NCBI GenBank assembly: GCA_903813345.2
Contig: CAIIXF020000001.1
Location: forward strand, 29,202,001-29,266,000
Direction: 5' to 3'
Source: Owenia fusiformis
Taxonomy: Eukaryota
DNA length: 64,000 bases
Part shown: piece after piece, positions 38,901 through 51,254 of the stretch
Position numbering within the stretch: the first letter of the stretch is position 1
How the letters are laid out: the number at the start of each line of letters is the position of its first letter
The notes under the pieces: generated by a model
The model's input: only the letters and a program-made list of their open reading frames with translations
What the model was told of the DNA's origin: nothing
Databases searched by the model: none
Position numbers and translations under genes: made by a program

Positions 38901-39683
38901 TGTGTAGAACCTATAGAGGAATATATATTCTGACTTTCATGAAAAAATATTGATTTGTAGTCTCCAATTTTGAGAAACTTAGAAAACACAGTTTGTGATT
39001 TCGTTTGATGACCTTGACCTTTGACCTTGCAAATTTTACTTTTTTAGACCTCAGAAGGTCTTTTGTGAATGAATATACCTAAATTTGAATCCAGAAAATC
39101 GATTTGAAAAATCAATTTTTTTACCTTTCGGAGGTCACTGAAGGTCAACGAAAGGTCAAAGGTCAAAAGTAAGGTCAGATTTAGAATCCTGAGAACTTGT
39201 AAATGAGTTTTAAAAAAAAATTTGGTCAATTTGAAGCAAGTTGAAAAAAGACCTTTTTTGACCTTTTTTTGACCTTCAATATCTCAAAATCTAGGCAAAA
39301 TTTCTCTAGACGGCAAAAGGCTAAGACTAATAGAATACTAATATCTATCTGTATGCAAAAATTCACCCAAAAATATTGAAGTGTAGTGTCAGGATTTGAG
39401 AAACTTGAAAAAACTTAGATTTGACCTAGATTTTGACCTTTGACCTTGACCTAGATAAAAATTCCTTTCCCGCCAAGTTCAGCCCAGGTCCCTAGTAGGA
39501 CTATGCAGTAGCTAGTTGAAAGTTAGTCGGAAGTAGGAGAAAAAGAGGGAGGAAGAATAAATAATAAAGAATAATATCTACAAAATTGATAGGAGGCCCC
39601 TTCGGGGGGCCTCCTAATAAAGAATAATAAAGAATAATATCTACAAAATTGATAGGAGGCCCCTGCCGGGGGGCCTCCTAATA
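29987..39683 (+). mobile_element. Stack of five Helentron/DINE-1-like (HINE) elements, family 1, with core tandem repeats of about 446 bp
   Basis: Heads AACTAGA..AAGATTGCAAGCAATCT..GGAGGCCC at 29987, 31509, 33778, 35630 and 37448. Core marker tgatgaccttgacctttgacc is spaced about 446 bp. AAT/AAG microsatellite precedes each internal head. Tail hairpins TAGGAGGCCCC..GGGGCCTCCTA at 39590-39616 and 39653-39680. Confidence 0.85.
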
Positions 39684-39980
39684 ATCAAAAACTATCTACC
39701 AATAATTGAAACAAGGTAAAGCAGGTAGCATTCTACAACACTAGGATGAGTTATTGCACATCATCATGAATAATTCCTTTGAATCATAACAAAATTAACC
39801 TAATCTATTCAATAAACTCCACATACACAACAGATAAAAACAAAAAGAATGATCAATGAAAGTTTCATTATTAGCAGATATACATATACAATAACATATC
39901 AACTCTCTTTTACCATATTGCATCCACCTGCACCACAGTTAAACAGTTGAATGTTGTTATATAGAGAAAGATGTATTCAC

Positions 39981-40110
39981 CTGCATAATTTCCCCACATT
40001 GTATACATTGACATGTTACTTGGCATACCCCCCATGCCTGCCATGGACGGAGCTCCGGAGTAAGGGCTGCTGTGGCCATAGGGTGACTCCATCATTCCTT
40101 GATAGTCCAT
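39981..40110 (-). CDS. Probable alternative first coding exon of the PAR-bZIP gene (MDYQGMMESPYGHSS...WGNYA)
   Basis: GC-richer M/G/S/P/Y-rich ORF. Donor G|GTGAAT at 39980 is phase 1, compatible with the bZIP exon. An in-frame stop and TATAAAAA lie at about 40149-40156, just upstream. Confidence 0.65.
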
Positions 40111-41079
40111 AAACAGCAGGTAATTGTCTATGACTCCTGATATACTGCCTTTTTATAAGTTAATTTTATATGTTTATGTTCACTTTATATTGTTTTATAT
40201 TTAATGTATTTCATACCCACGTGTTAAATAACTTGTTGTTTCGCCTCTTCTGGATTTGTTTAAAACTTCCAATAAAATAAAATGACAAGCTTTAAATACA
40301 GCAAGCATCAAGCTTTAATACTTTATGAGTGTAACGGCTGTGCAATCTAAACTGATGGAATCATTTATACAGATCAATGACAGGGAATACTGTCATCCTG
40401 TGTCACATATATCAATGATCAATTTCTCTGACCATTTGTTCTCTCTGATGATTTGAACTATTGAATTGCATACATCTGTGTATGAACTTGTCCTATTTCT
40501 GATTTCTGATATGTGTATAGGTAACACTTGTTGTGATCTCCTATGTCTAATAAATGGTAATCTTGTGTATACCTTGGCCCCTTGGCTATTGTCCAGTATG
40601 GTCTGTCCAGTGTGACTGTATGTAGATATGCCTGCATAACAGAGCAATTACATGTAAGACACCACTTCACTTTATCTCCAGGGGGTGTGAGGATGCTGCG
40701 TCAATCATACAAACTACCCACCAATATCCCATAATATGAATGTAACTTCACATGCAGGCTGTAAAATACTCAGTCATGAAAATAGCATTCAATTGTCCAG
40801 CCGTTAAAGTACACTGCGATGTATTGCAAAAACTCCACATAAAAGTTGACCAGGTAAAAGGTCGTATGTTGTAATACCCACAATCTAAATTCAAGTTCAA
40901 AATTCACTTTGTTGAGAACTATTATGAATTTAATTCTTATGTACTTAAATGATATTCCAATACGTTCCTAAAGCATAGTTGGCTATCCGCTGCTAAATTG
41001 CTCCAATGCGTGTATTAGTTATATGCTAGCTTGCCCCTATGACCGGCTATCACATCATAAATAAATAATATGCTTGTGT

Positions 41080-41602
41080 ATTATATAAGACACCAGTCTG
41101 ACATTGCCACCTCTTTAGGCAGCTTATATAACGGCCAATTGATATTACATAACTGGCTGGGTTTGAATACAAAGATGGCCGCTGGTTGATAGGATCAAGA
41201 GAAGCCAGGTCAATAGCAAAACTCACTAAAAAGTCTAGCCAAACAATTTAACCTGGCCAGCTAAATGTTAAACATGACGAAAGCCACTTAAATGGCTTTA
41301 CTTTAGAGTGAGGTTTGCTAAAACCTGGAACACTTGATACAAAACTATGATATAACCTACTTGATAGCATGTGATATAATACCATTTAATGAACCGATGA
41401 CCTTGTAGACAATGTATGAATTCTTTTCTTAAAACAAAACAAAATATTACATTCCATGAACCAAATTCACTATATGTTGCTAAAAACATTTCTGGCACTT
41501 CGCTAAAATGAATAAATTGAAAATTCTGTGTAAATAACACATTTTGGTCATTAAAACTATTAACCTGTGTCATGAGCTTTGACCAAGGGAAACTTATATA
41601 AT
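41080..41602. promoter_or_regulatory. Cluster of PAR-bZIP (D-box-like) sites about 1 kb upstream of the alternative first exon
   Basis: ATTATATAAG at 41080, CTTATATAAC at 41123, ATTACATAAC at 41144 (= GTTATGTAAT, consensus RTTAYGTAAY) and CTTATATAAT at 41593. Confidence 0.45.
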
Positions 41603-42416
41603 CAGGCTACATATATTGTTCATATACACATATGCCTGGCTAGTTATATATGCACATGTAACTCTTCAATGATATCAAATAATGGTGAGAAATTATAATT
41701 ACTTTTATCGATTGCTAGAACTTTAGGCTAGTTTGAAAAATAAGTTTGGAAATATTGTTGGGTGGTTTTGGTGCGGCTATATATGATGACATACTATAAG
41801 ATAGTATCCACTGTCTCTTGAAGGAGAGGCTACTCAGGCAGATTCCCCCATGCTATTAAACTAGTCTCCCTTGTCACCTAGATGACCCTCATATTTCCTT
41901 TTGATTTATATCATGTCCTTTAGTAAGTCCCTATAATTGGAGTCCCATGTTATTTTCAGGTACCATAACTCATTCCATATATGTTCTACATACTTTAGTT
42001 TTGCACATTATAAGAGTATATAAATGTACCTAGATTATTAATGACTAACGATTAGATCAGTCCGGTCATTTGCAAACAGGTCCAAAACTGAACTTAGGCC
42101 CACTATATACAAGGACAACCTACATACACTGCTCATCATGATAAACCATGACATCTCATTTCTTCTCAGTAATGTATCTAGTGTAAAAAAAGATGCAATG
42201 TGTATCAGAATGAACATTTCTAATCTGATCCAGATCCTTTAGTTACTGTAGATATGCAAGAGGATACAAAATGTTTAAGATCTATAGGGGGCCAGAAAGA
42301 AGATGCTACAGATGCCATGAAGAAGATACCATGAAGATACCACGAAGATACCATGAATAAAATATTTTCTCATGCTCCAAAATGTTTTTAAAGTCAACAT
42401 AGTTGTTGCCTATTCA

Positions 42417-44096
42417 AACAAGAACACAAACGTGTACAATATGTCCCCACCAATGGGTGATCCTGTCAAATGGATATCCTGATAATGAGTAGTCAAGACT
42501 TTATCGTTACAATTTTGGGACGGAAAATGCAAAATGGCCACCTTAAAATTTACCCAGAATGCCAGAAAATTAGTCAGCTCTAGATTTTCATACTACGAAC
42601 CAACCCTGAAAATTTGAAATTGATCCGTCAACAGTAAACAAAAAAATGCGTAAACAAGACTCTACAGACAAGATTTTAGGACGGAAAAATCCAAAATGGC
42701 TGCCTTGACATTTGCCCAGAATGCCAAAAAACTAATCAGTTCTAGATTTTCATACTAAGAATCATCCCTGAAAATTTGAAATTGATCTACCAAACGGTTC
42801 ACCGGAAAACGCGTAGACAAGACTTTACAGACAAGATTTTAGGACGGAAAATCCAAAATGGCTGGCTTGACATTTATCCAGAATGCAAAAAAACTAATCA
42901 GTTCTAGATTTTAATACAAGGAATCATCCCTGAAAATTAGAAATTGATCTACCAAACAGTTCACCTGAAAACACATAGACAAGACTTAACAGGCAAGATT
43001 TTAGGACGGAAAATCCAAAATGGCTGCCTTGACATTTACCAAGAATGCCAAAACACTAATCAGATCTAGATTTTCATACTAAGAACCATCCCTGAAAATT
43101 AGAAATTGATCTACCAAACGGTTCACCTGGAAATGCGTAGACAAGACTTTACAGACAATATTTTCGGACGGAAAATCCAAAATGGCTGCCTTGACATTAC
43201 CCAGAATGCCCGAAAACTAATCAGATCTAGATTTTCATACTAAGAATCATCCCTGAAAATTTGAAATTGATCTACCAAACGGTTCACCTGTAAATGCGTA
43301 GATAAGACTTTACAGACAAGATTTTAGGACGGAAAAATCCAAAATGGCTGCCTTGACATTTACCCAGAATGCCCAAAAACTAATCAGATCTAGATTTTCA
43401 TACTAAGAATCATCCCTGAAAATTAGAAATTGATCTACCAAATGGTTCACCTGGAAATGCGTAGACAAGACTTTACAGACAAGATTTTAGGACAGAAAAA
43501 TCCAAAATGGCCGACAATAAAAAAGTGATGATGAGTTTTTGCTGATTTCTTCTTACAAAATTATCACATATAACTACTGTTAACAATAACATAGGCTATT
43601 ACAACAAAGTACACCTGAAATTATTTATAAAGCTACTAAATAGTTAAAGTATGAAAACTGAAAAACACCATTCAATATGATACAAAGTATTATCGCGCGC
43701 TAACTTTTCTTAAAACATTCAAAATGGCTGACATGACTGAGCTAACAGGTCCAAAACCTAATCAGATGTAGAATGAAGTGAGCTGAACAAGATATTAAAG
43801 TTTTAAAAGCAACTGTGAAGCCGTTTTTCTTAAAGTTTGCAGACAAGGATTTTAGCATTTGACTTCAAAATGGCCGACAGGAAGTAGGTATCGAGTTAAA
43901 TTTTTTTCATCCACATCTGTATGCACTCATAAGTTATCCCTGAAAATTTGAAGGTGATATCTGTAGCTGTTTTGGAGAAAACTGCCGGACGTACGGACAG
44001 ACGGACAGACAGACGGACAGACAGACGGACGCGCCTAGGCCGACAATATGGCCCAACACTATGTGGTGGGGACATAATATGTGGTGGGGACATAAT
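42417..44096 (+). mobile_element. Helentron/DINE-1-like element, family 3, with core repeats of about 162 bp and GGAC/AGAC microsatellite
   Basis: Head AACAAGA-ACACaaacGTGT-caaTATGTCCCCAC. Core marker tttt(a/g/c)ggac(g/a)gaaaa at about 42513, 42675, 42837, 42999, 43161, 43322 and 43485. Microsatellite at 43987-44030. Tail GTGGGGACATA is inverted to the head subTIR and duplicated. Confidence 0.85.
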
Positions 44097-44594
44097 AAAA
44101 TGAATCTAAAACAATAATACAATATAGTTCAATTGAAAAAATATACCTGTGACTACAAATAGGCAAGTTTCTATAAAACAACAAAAGCTCATTGTGACTG
44201 ACAATCTGGAGATAACAATAATAAATGCATTTGGGATTATTTAATTAAAAACAATTAATATATTTTTAATACTAAGCTCTATTATTGTATTATTGTTAGA
44301 ATAGGCAGGCAAGTAAAATAGAAAACAAAACATTAAACTCTAATCTGTTTTGCTAATGGAATTCTCTATTTCAAGCCAAACACAAATCAAAAATCTTCCC
44401 ACAAGGATTTCATTTAAAAATGTTATATCCATTAAATGCAGGAATACATGACACAACCTAAAGTTTCTGTCATCCAACACATCCTTCCAAGTTCGGACAT
44501 CACTATCCCAGTTGATGACAAAATGTCATCACCTCCAAATGTTTACAAAAGTGGAACAATTGTTATAGATGTTAACACTGTTTGTGAACTAGTG

Positions 44595-44855
44595 AGTTTG
44601 ATAATCTTGAGCTTTGACCTTGAAAATTTTACTATTTCAAATCTCTGGGGGTATTATGTGCTAAAGCTGACTTAAATTCGGATCAAAATAATCAATTTGA
44701 AAGATCAACTTTTTGACCTGAAGGTCATTGAAGGACTACCAAAGAACAAATCTCAAATCTAAAGATAGGTTTGAACTTCTGAGAACTTGTACATGCATTT
44801 CAAAATAATTGCTCAATTTAAAGCTTAAGTTTAAAAAAGACCTTTTTGACCTTCA
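44595..44855 (+). repeat. Single degraded copy of part of the family-1 446-bp core unit
   Basis: ctttgaccttgaaaattttact..gctgacttaaatt..tcaatttgaaagatcaactttttgacc..gaaggtcattgaagg..gagaacttgta match the core unit. Confidence 0.7.
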
Positions 44856-47689
44856 ATGTCCACTTTTTTGTTGCCATGATAATAGATATTGTTAGAAATG
44901 TGTTGGACTCATTAATGTTTACATAATATGTTGACAGCTAAAATCTGAAGTCAGTCTAAACGGTACTTGTTAAGGTATTGGAAGAATTAGTTATAGATAC
45001 TGAACACCAACCGCTGACTGGTGAACACACCATCTGCCAAACTTCATCCACAAAAAATTTTTTTACAATATATCGCCACTTCTGTTGGTGACATAATAAA
45101 TGCAAGCCATCAATACTCAATCTTGATGAGAATCTTGCTTGAATTTCAAATATTGAACCTCAAATGACACTAGATAATCATATGCATCATTTTCCCAATA
45201 TTATCTCATTTATAATCATCATAAAACGATAAAGTCCACTTGTTTATTCCTCTTCAACTATATACTTAAGGCAATATTGACTGAAGATGTAACCAAGCAT
45301 AACTGATTGCAAGGGATATTGATTGTGATAATAAATAGCCCAGTTTTGGTTACAGTTCAATGTCAGACTTATATGTTTATTTTACTTGAAAAGATTTATA
45401 ATTCACTGCCTGGTATTTTCCATCAGAGGTGTGACAAGAGACAAGAGACTGGAAAAATATATGATTTGGTTCATGTACAAATAGTTGGTTGCTAAGTTTG
45501 TTACTTCTATCACGCAAAGTCCTTTCAGAAGATGTCTGTCACATTATATGATCCTGCTGTCATTAACCTTTACTATGCTGCCTTATTTCAGCAAATATAT
45601 CCCACGCAACTGGCTTATTTTTCAAAGAGTGCAAAAAATGATATGCCTGGACTAAATAATTAATATCTCAATAACTGCTGAATGAATCTGGATAAAATTT
45701 TCACAAAGGGAAGATACAGTGGCCTGGCTTATGAAAAAATGACTGGGCATAAATATACCACGAATACTCCTCCGGAATCCGCCGCTTCGCCCCTGGGAAG
45801 ATTCAACATCTGGTCAGAATCCAAAACTGAATTTGCAGCGATCGAATGTTCAACTTTTTAATTCGTTGTGATCGTTGTGATCGCATTGGTCCACCATTTT
45901 GTACAATTTGTTCACTAAAAACGACTAAAACACTGTTTAAATTGTTGAATTGAGAAACTAAGGGAGGGAAATTGAATTTGAAATTCTTTAGGAATACATC
46001 TATAGCAATTAGTGAACATTTATAAAATGTCATTTCAATGAGATGGTATAGACTTCTTCTATTAAATGTGGCACCTGGCTAATTCATAGGAACAGAACTA
46101 AAAAATGGTATAAACCATGAATGCAATAAAAGGTGGCATCCCTCTAATAAGGGTTTACCTAATAATTACCCTTCCCATGTGTCAGAAATATCAAAGATCA
46201 AGGAGTTATACAGGTTTCATAACTGCATTTTATTAAAATACATAAGACTGTGGTTTCTGCGTTTGTACCTTCTCTCTTATGATGGATAAAGAGAGATTTA
46301 TCCTTGCTTCATGTCCCTGGACCCCCTCACCCTCTTTATCTACTTCTACACCACTTGTGGGGAGGTGTGTAGTTGGAATGGGGGTCACAAGGGCTCCAGC
46401 AAGACTAAAGAGATTCTGGCAAGTCAATGTACATAAGGGTATAGTCTATAGAATGATTGTTATGTCTGACGTAGAAGATATGATACACCTCCAGAGCATA
46501 ACAATTACTTTGATGACTGTAAAATAGACTTCTCCCATTTCAACCCATTCCATAATATCATCAGCAGCTAATGCCTATCAATATGATTATATATGAGCAT
46601 CTCTTCTGTCAAATCCAATTGTTTAGTATCAATAACATAAATGTCATATTCAACATCAGAAACCTGTTTTCCATCTAAATGATCTCATTTTACATGATAT
46701 GATCTGTGAATGGTAAGTTCTGAATCTCCGACAAGACCAATTTGATATCAAATAATTAATTTTTAATTTTTCTTTTTATTATCATGTTTTTGATCTATAT
46801 AGTTATACTAAGGCATATAATCTGATAATTAACTAAGTCATGCTTAGTAATGATCCAGGTCAATAACCTTTATTTCACATTCAGATAAACAATGTCATTT
46901 ACATGTATGCAATGGATATCTATCAATCTACAATGTTTTGTCCAAACAGAACAGAGTGAAAACAATTAGCATGATGTTGCAGATAAACATCATTTTGTCA
47001 TGGACAATGGACATACAGCTGACTGTCCGAAATCTGCCACATGAAATCATACCTGAAATTAAAAATTACCAATAGTGCAGGCTTACAAAACACTTTAAGG
47101 GGTCTTGTTGAAAATAATTATGTTTATTCACATTGATGGAATATACATGAGGGGTCATGACAATTGTTTTTCTTGTAATTTCTAAAACAAGTGGATAGGG
47201 TTTTTCTGATGGTTTTTCATTTCTTGATCAGTTTGAAAAATATAAAAACTTCACTGGCAGAAGTACATTGTGAATTAATCTAATAATTGTCATCCTTAAA
47301 AAAGTAAATCAAAGTGTTTTCAACTATGGAAATAAGGCCTAACCTTTGTCAAAAATCAGATTTCTTTTAATGATAAATGTACAAATCTCCTAAAATCTCA
47401 TTAAAAAAGGACTTCCAGAGATTTCAAAGCTAAATAGCTAAGGCTCTGTGTCAACATGGTATTATTAACATGATAAATGTCACAACCTGGTACACAGTGG
47501 CTACATCAATGTCACCATTTCTCATAGGTACCATCATGGACTTTTCAAGATCAAGAGAGAAAGGCCATGGTCCTAGAAAAAAATTTTGCATACAAGACCC
47601 ATTAAGTTATAATATAACTAATTGTTAATGCCTTATGGCATATTATACATAACAGAATATAAATTAATTATTGATAAGTAAAATTACTT

Positions 47690-48457
47690 CATGTGCCAAG
47701 ATATGGCATTATGGGAAGGGTTACACTGGCATGGTAATACATGAGTGCAAAGATATGGCATTATGGGAAGGGTTACACTGGCATGGTAATACATGTGTGC
47801 AAAGATATGGCATTATGGGAAGGGCTACACTGGCGTGGTAATACATGAGTGCAAAGATATGGCATTATGGGAAGGGTTACACTGGCATGGTAATACATGT
47901 GTGCAAAGATATGGCATTATGGGAAGGGTTACACTGGCATGGTAATACATGTGTGCAAAGATATGGCATTATGGGAAGGGCTACACTGGCGTGGTAATAC
48001 ATGAGTGCAAAGATATGGCATTATGGGAAGGGTTACACTGGCATGGTAATACATATGTGCAGAGATATGGCATTATGGGAAGGGCTACACTGCCATGGTA
48101 ATACATGTGTGCAAAGATATGGCATTATGGGAAGGGCTACACTAGTATCGTAATACATATGTGCAAAGATATGGCATTATGGGAAGGGCTACACTGGTAT
48201 GGTTATACATGTGTGCAAAGATATGGCATTATGGGAAGGGTTACACTGGTATGGTTATACATGTGTGCAAAGATATGGCATTATGGGAAGGGTTACACTG
48301 GCATGGTAATACATATGTGCAGAGATATGGCATTATGGGAAGGGCTACACTGCCATGGTAATACATGTGTGCAAAGATATGGCATTATGGGAAGGGTTAC
48401 ACTGGCATGGTAATACACGTGTGCAAAGATATGGCATTATGGGAAGGGCCACACTGG
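47690..48457 (+). repeat. 52-bp minisatellite, about 14.7 copies
   Basis: gatatggcattatgggaaggg(t/c)tacactggcatggtaatacatgtgtgcaaa. Unit starts run from 47700 to 48428 = 14 x 52. Confidence 0.95.
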
Positions 48458-49340
48458 AAAAGCTTCCAAATTTGTTGAGTTTTCTAGCAGAAATCGCCTA
48501 ATCCCCCCTCCATCCCATTTGTACTATCACCGGGCGTCATGTTAAACAAGCTAAAATAGCTTCAGAATGTTTGATGTCATGTCTGTCCCGGGGTACCTAC
48601 ACATCCTTCACGGAAATAAAGATTGATCAAAATATGTTTGTTTTCAAATCTTCGGAGTTGATAGATGATTGAATGATGTATCACTGGTAAGAAAACCGAA
48701 GGGATTGGTCTATAAAAAGCATCTGTGTAAAAAATGTCATTACTAATTGATCACCCCTCGTATAAAACATAAGATCTTGAGACATCTTATAATTAAGTCT
48801 AAACAAATAGGAACAAAAAAACAAGATGACTAAATGAACATTTTCATAAAGACCTATATTCCTGTTAAACATATCAAGGTTGACAAATCTGTTAATGTGA
48901 AATATCGAGAATCTAGATTTGATGTGTCATATAGCTATTATATGTTATATTTGAACAACATACTAGAAATGCCATCAAATTTTTAGCCAGTATAATCATT
49001 CATTGCTTAACAACTGCTGGTCAAACAAACATAACAATTAATAGTTCATGCTTTTATCTCTCTGTAGTGTGTAACCATGGTAACTAGTCATTTATATATC
49101 TGAAATAATGTCCCCGGGGAAAGGATTATTTTACTTAATATTGCTACCTGTGAAATAAGAGAAGATCAGCTTCAAACACTTAAGGTAATTGATACCCGAT
49201 GATAATAAAATGGACCAATGGCTGATATTTCATTAGGAGAAAAAGAATGAATGACAACAATTAGCTACTGTACTCATACATCATATACCCTTTCTAATAG
49301 TTTCATTTTGCTTATTTAAAAGAGAGCTTCGTCTACACAT

Positions 49341-49884
49341 TTTGAATTAACAGTTTGGTGCATTATATATAATGGTGAATAAAAATTATGACATTCAAGG
49401 TAAACCTGACAAATGTGAACATTTCCTGGTGTTTGAATTAACAGTTTGGTACATTATATATAATGGTGAATAAAAATCATGACATTCAAGGTAAACCTGA
49501 CAAATGTGAACATTTCCTGGTGTTTGAATTAACAGTTTGGTACATTATATATAATGGTGAATAAAAATTATGACATTCAAGGTAAACCTGACAAATCTGA
49601 ACATTTCCTGGTGTTTGAATTAACAGTTTGGTACATTATATATAATGGTGAATAAAAATCATGACATTCAAGGTAAACCTGACAAATGTGAACATTTCCT
49701 GGTGTTTGAATTAACAGTTTGGTACATTATATATAATGGTGAATAAAAATCATGACATTCAAGGTAAACCTGACAAATGTGAACATTTCCTGGTGTTTGA
49801 ATTAACAGTTTGGTACATTATATATAATGGTGAATAAAAATTATGACATTCAAGGTAAACCTGACAAATGTGAACATTTCCTGG
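49341..49884 (+). repeat. 91-bp minisatellite, 6 near-identical copies
   Basis: tttgaattaacagtttgg at 49341, 49432, 49523, 49614, 49705 and 49796. Confidence 0.95.
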
Positions 49885-50767
49885 AACACCTTTAAAGTGT
49901 TCATATTACAAGAAGTCCATATGAACAAGATTTTAACCAGCTTACACAGAAGTTAATAGATAGGAATAATACAAATCTGTTCATTTTATGAAGGTGATTA
50001 CTTAGACAGGTTTACACATGCATTATAAAGTTACTTTGGTTTATTTTGGCACACATTTACCATATTATGATTTATTCAGTTATAGCTGTTGGTTAATCAT
50101 GTTTTTATATATCCAGCCTTTTGATTTGAATATCTTTAACATTGCATGATGTCTCCGGTTTATTCATGTCTGTCAAGAAACTCCTGCAGGCTCAAATAAA
50201 TAAAATAATATTTATATAATAAATAAGGAGGACTAAACTTTCAAAAGAATGATGTCCCACTTTATACAGGTCTGACAATACTTGAAACTTCCTCAAGTCT
50301 AAATAAATAAAACATTATGATCTGAAATAAGAATAAGAAAGGAATTTGAAAGTATACAGTATAACATTCCTTCTGAAATTCCTCAGTGGATTAAAATGCT
50401 CCCACATTCTCTTCAAAAATGTGATAGGAGCGGTGCTGCCATCTTTTGAACTCTGATTCTCTAAACACAAAAATATGTAAACCTAAAACTAAAATAGATG
50501 GCAGTACTTTATATACATGCTAGCGCCAGAGTTTGCAGAAATTGACCACATAATGAACTATAATGAAATATTTTCTTTTGAACATTTCGGGTACTCTTGC
50601 AGTTTTGAGCCACTTTTCTGGTACTCTTACTTACCATATTCCTGTGCTCCCATGCATGTGAAAATCTTTGTTAACATTGACTTGAATTATTTGGTTAGGT
50701 TAGCAAATCTAGCAATGCCTTTTTGAATCGTCTTACTCGAATACTTATACATTATTATATCACTGTC

Positions 50768-50986
50768 ATATTCCTCACTCTCTGATTGGTTCATGTCCTG
50801 TCCTACATGTGACTAAAATAACAAGCGATATTCACCAGTGAGTGAGGAATATAACTGAATAATAAAACAAATGTTTAATTCTATTTTCGGTGAATACCTA
50901 CAACACTATCACAAGATGATATACCCACTAGTTTGGGCTTTGTGGAATATCACTTGTGAAAGATGCACAGGTGTTCACCTTAATAG
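50768..50986. mobile_element. Double-hairpin non-autonomous element of uncertain class
   Basis: atattcctcactc (50768) and gagtgaggaatat (50840) flank ctgattggt. A second imperfect hairpin ggtgaatacct..cacaagatgatat / atatcacttgtg..aggtgttcacc follows. Confidence 0.5.
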
Positions 50987-51065
50987 AATTAAATATTTGT
51001 ATAATATCACATGATCAGCAGATACAACTTATGTTCGTTAAATATGGTACGTAAAATATTCTCAC

Positions 51066-51254
51066 CTAACGATGGGTCTAATAATGGATCATTGTTGTGG
51101 TGTATGCTAGATACATTTCCAAGACATGCCCTGGCCTGGGCAATACGTTTCTCCGACAGTCGTCTCATGGGGACTGGTTTTGCGAGAAGGTGTTGTGCAG
51201 CCATGCTGGCACCCATACCGTGTAGGCTAAGATCTTTAGGGTCTTCTGGGCTTC
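51066..51254 (-). CDS. PAR-bZIP gene internal coding exon (GSPEDPKDLSL...DPLLDPSL)
   Basis: Acceptor TTTGTTTTAG and donor G|GTGAGA; 189 nt, phase 1-1, open frame. Contains a PxDLS motif (PKDLS). Confidence 0.8.

Noticed and set aside
31658..39229. Short ORFs within the 446-bp repeats as Rep/helicase remnants
   Set aside because: Short, frames not preserved among units, and no HUH or helicase motifs.
47690..49884. 52-bp and 91-bp arrays as CRISPR-like loci, and ORFs 48105-48413 and 48161-48361
   Set aside because: Units are contiguous with no unique spacers, there are no cas genes and the context is eukaryotic. The ORFs are repeat translations.
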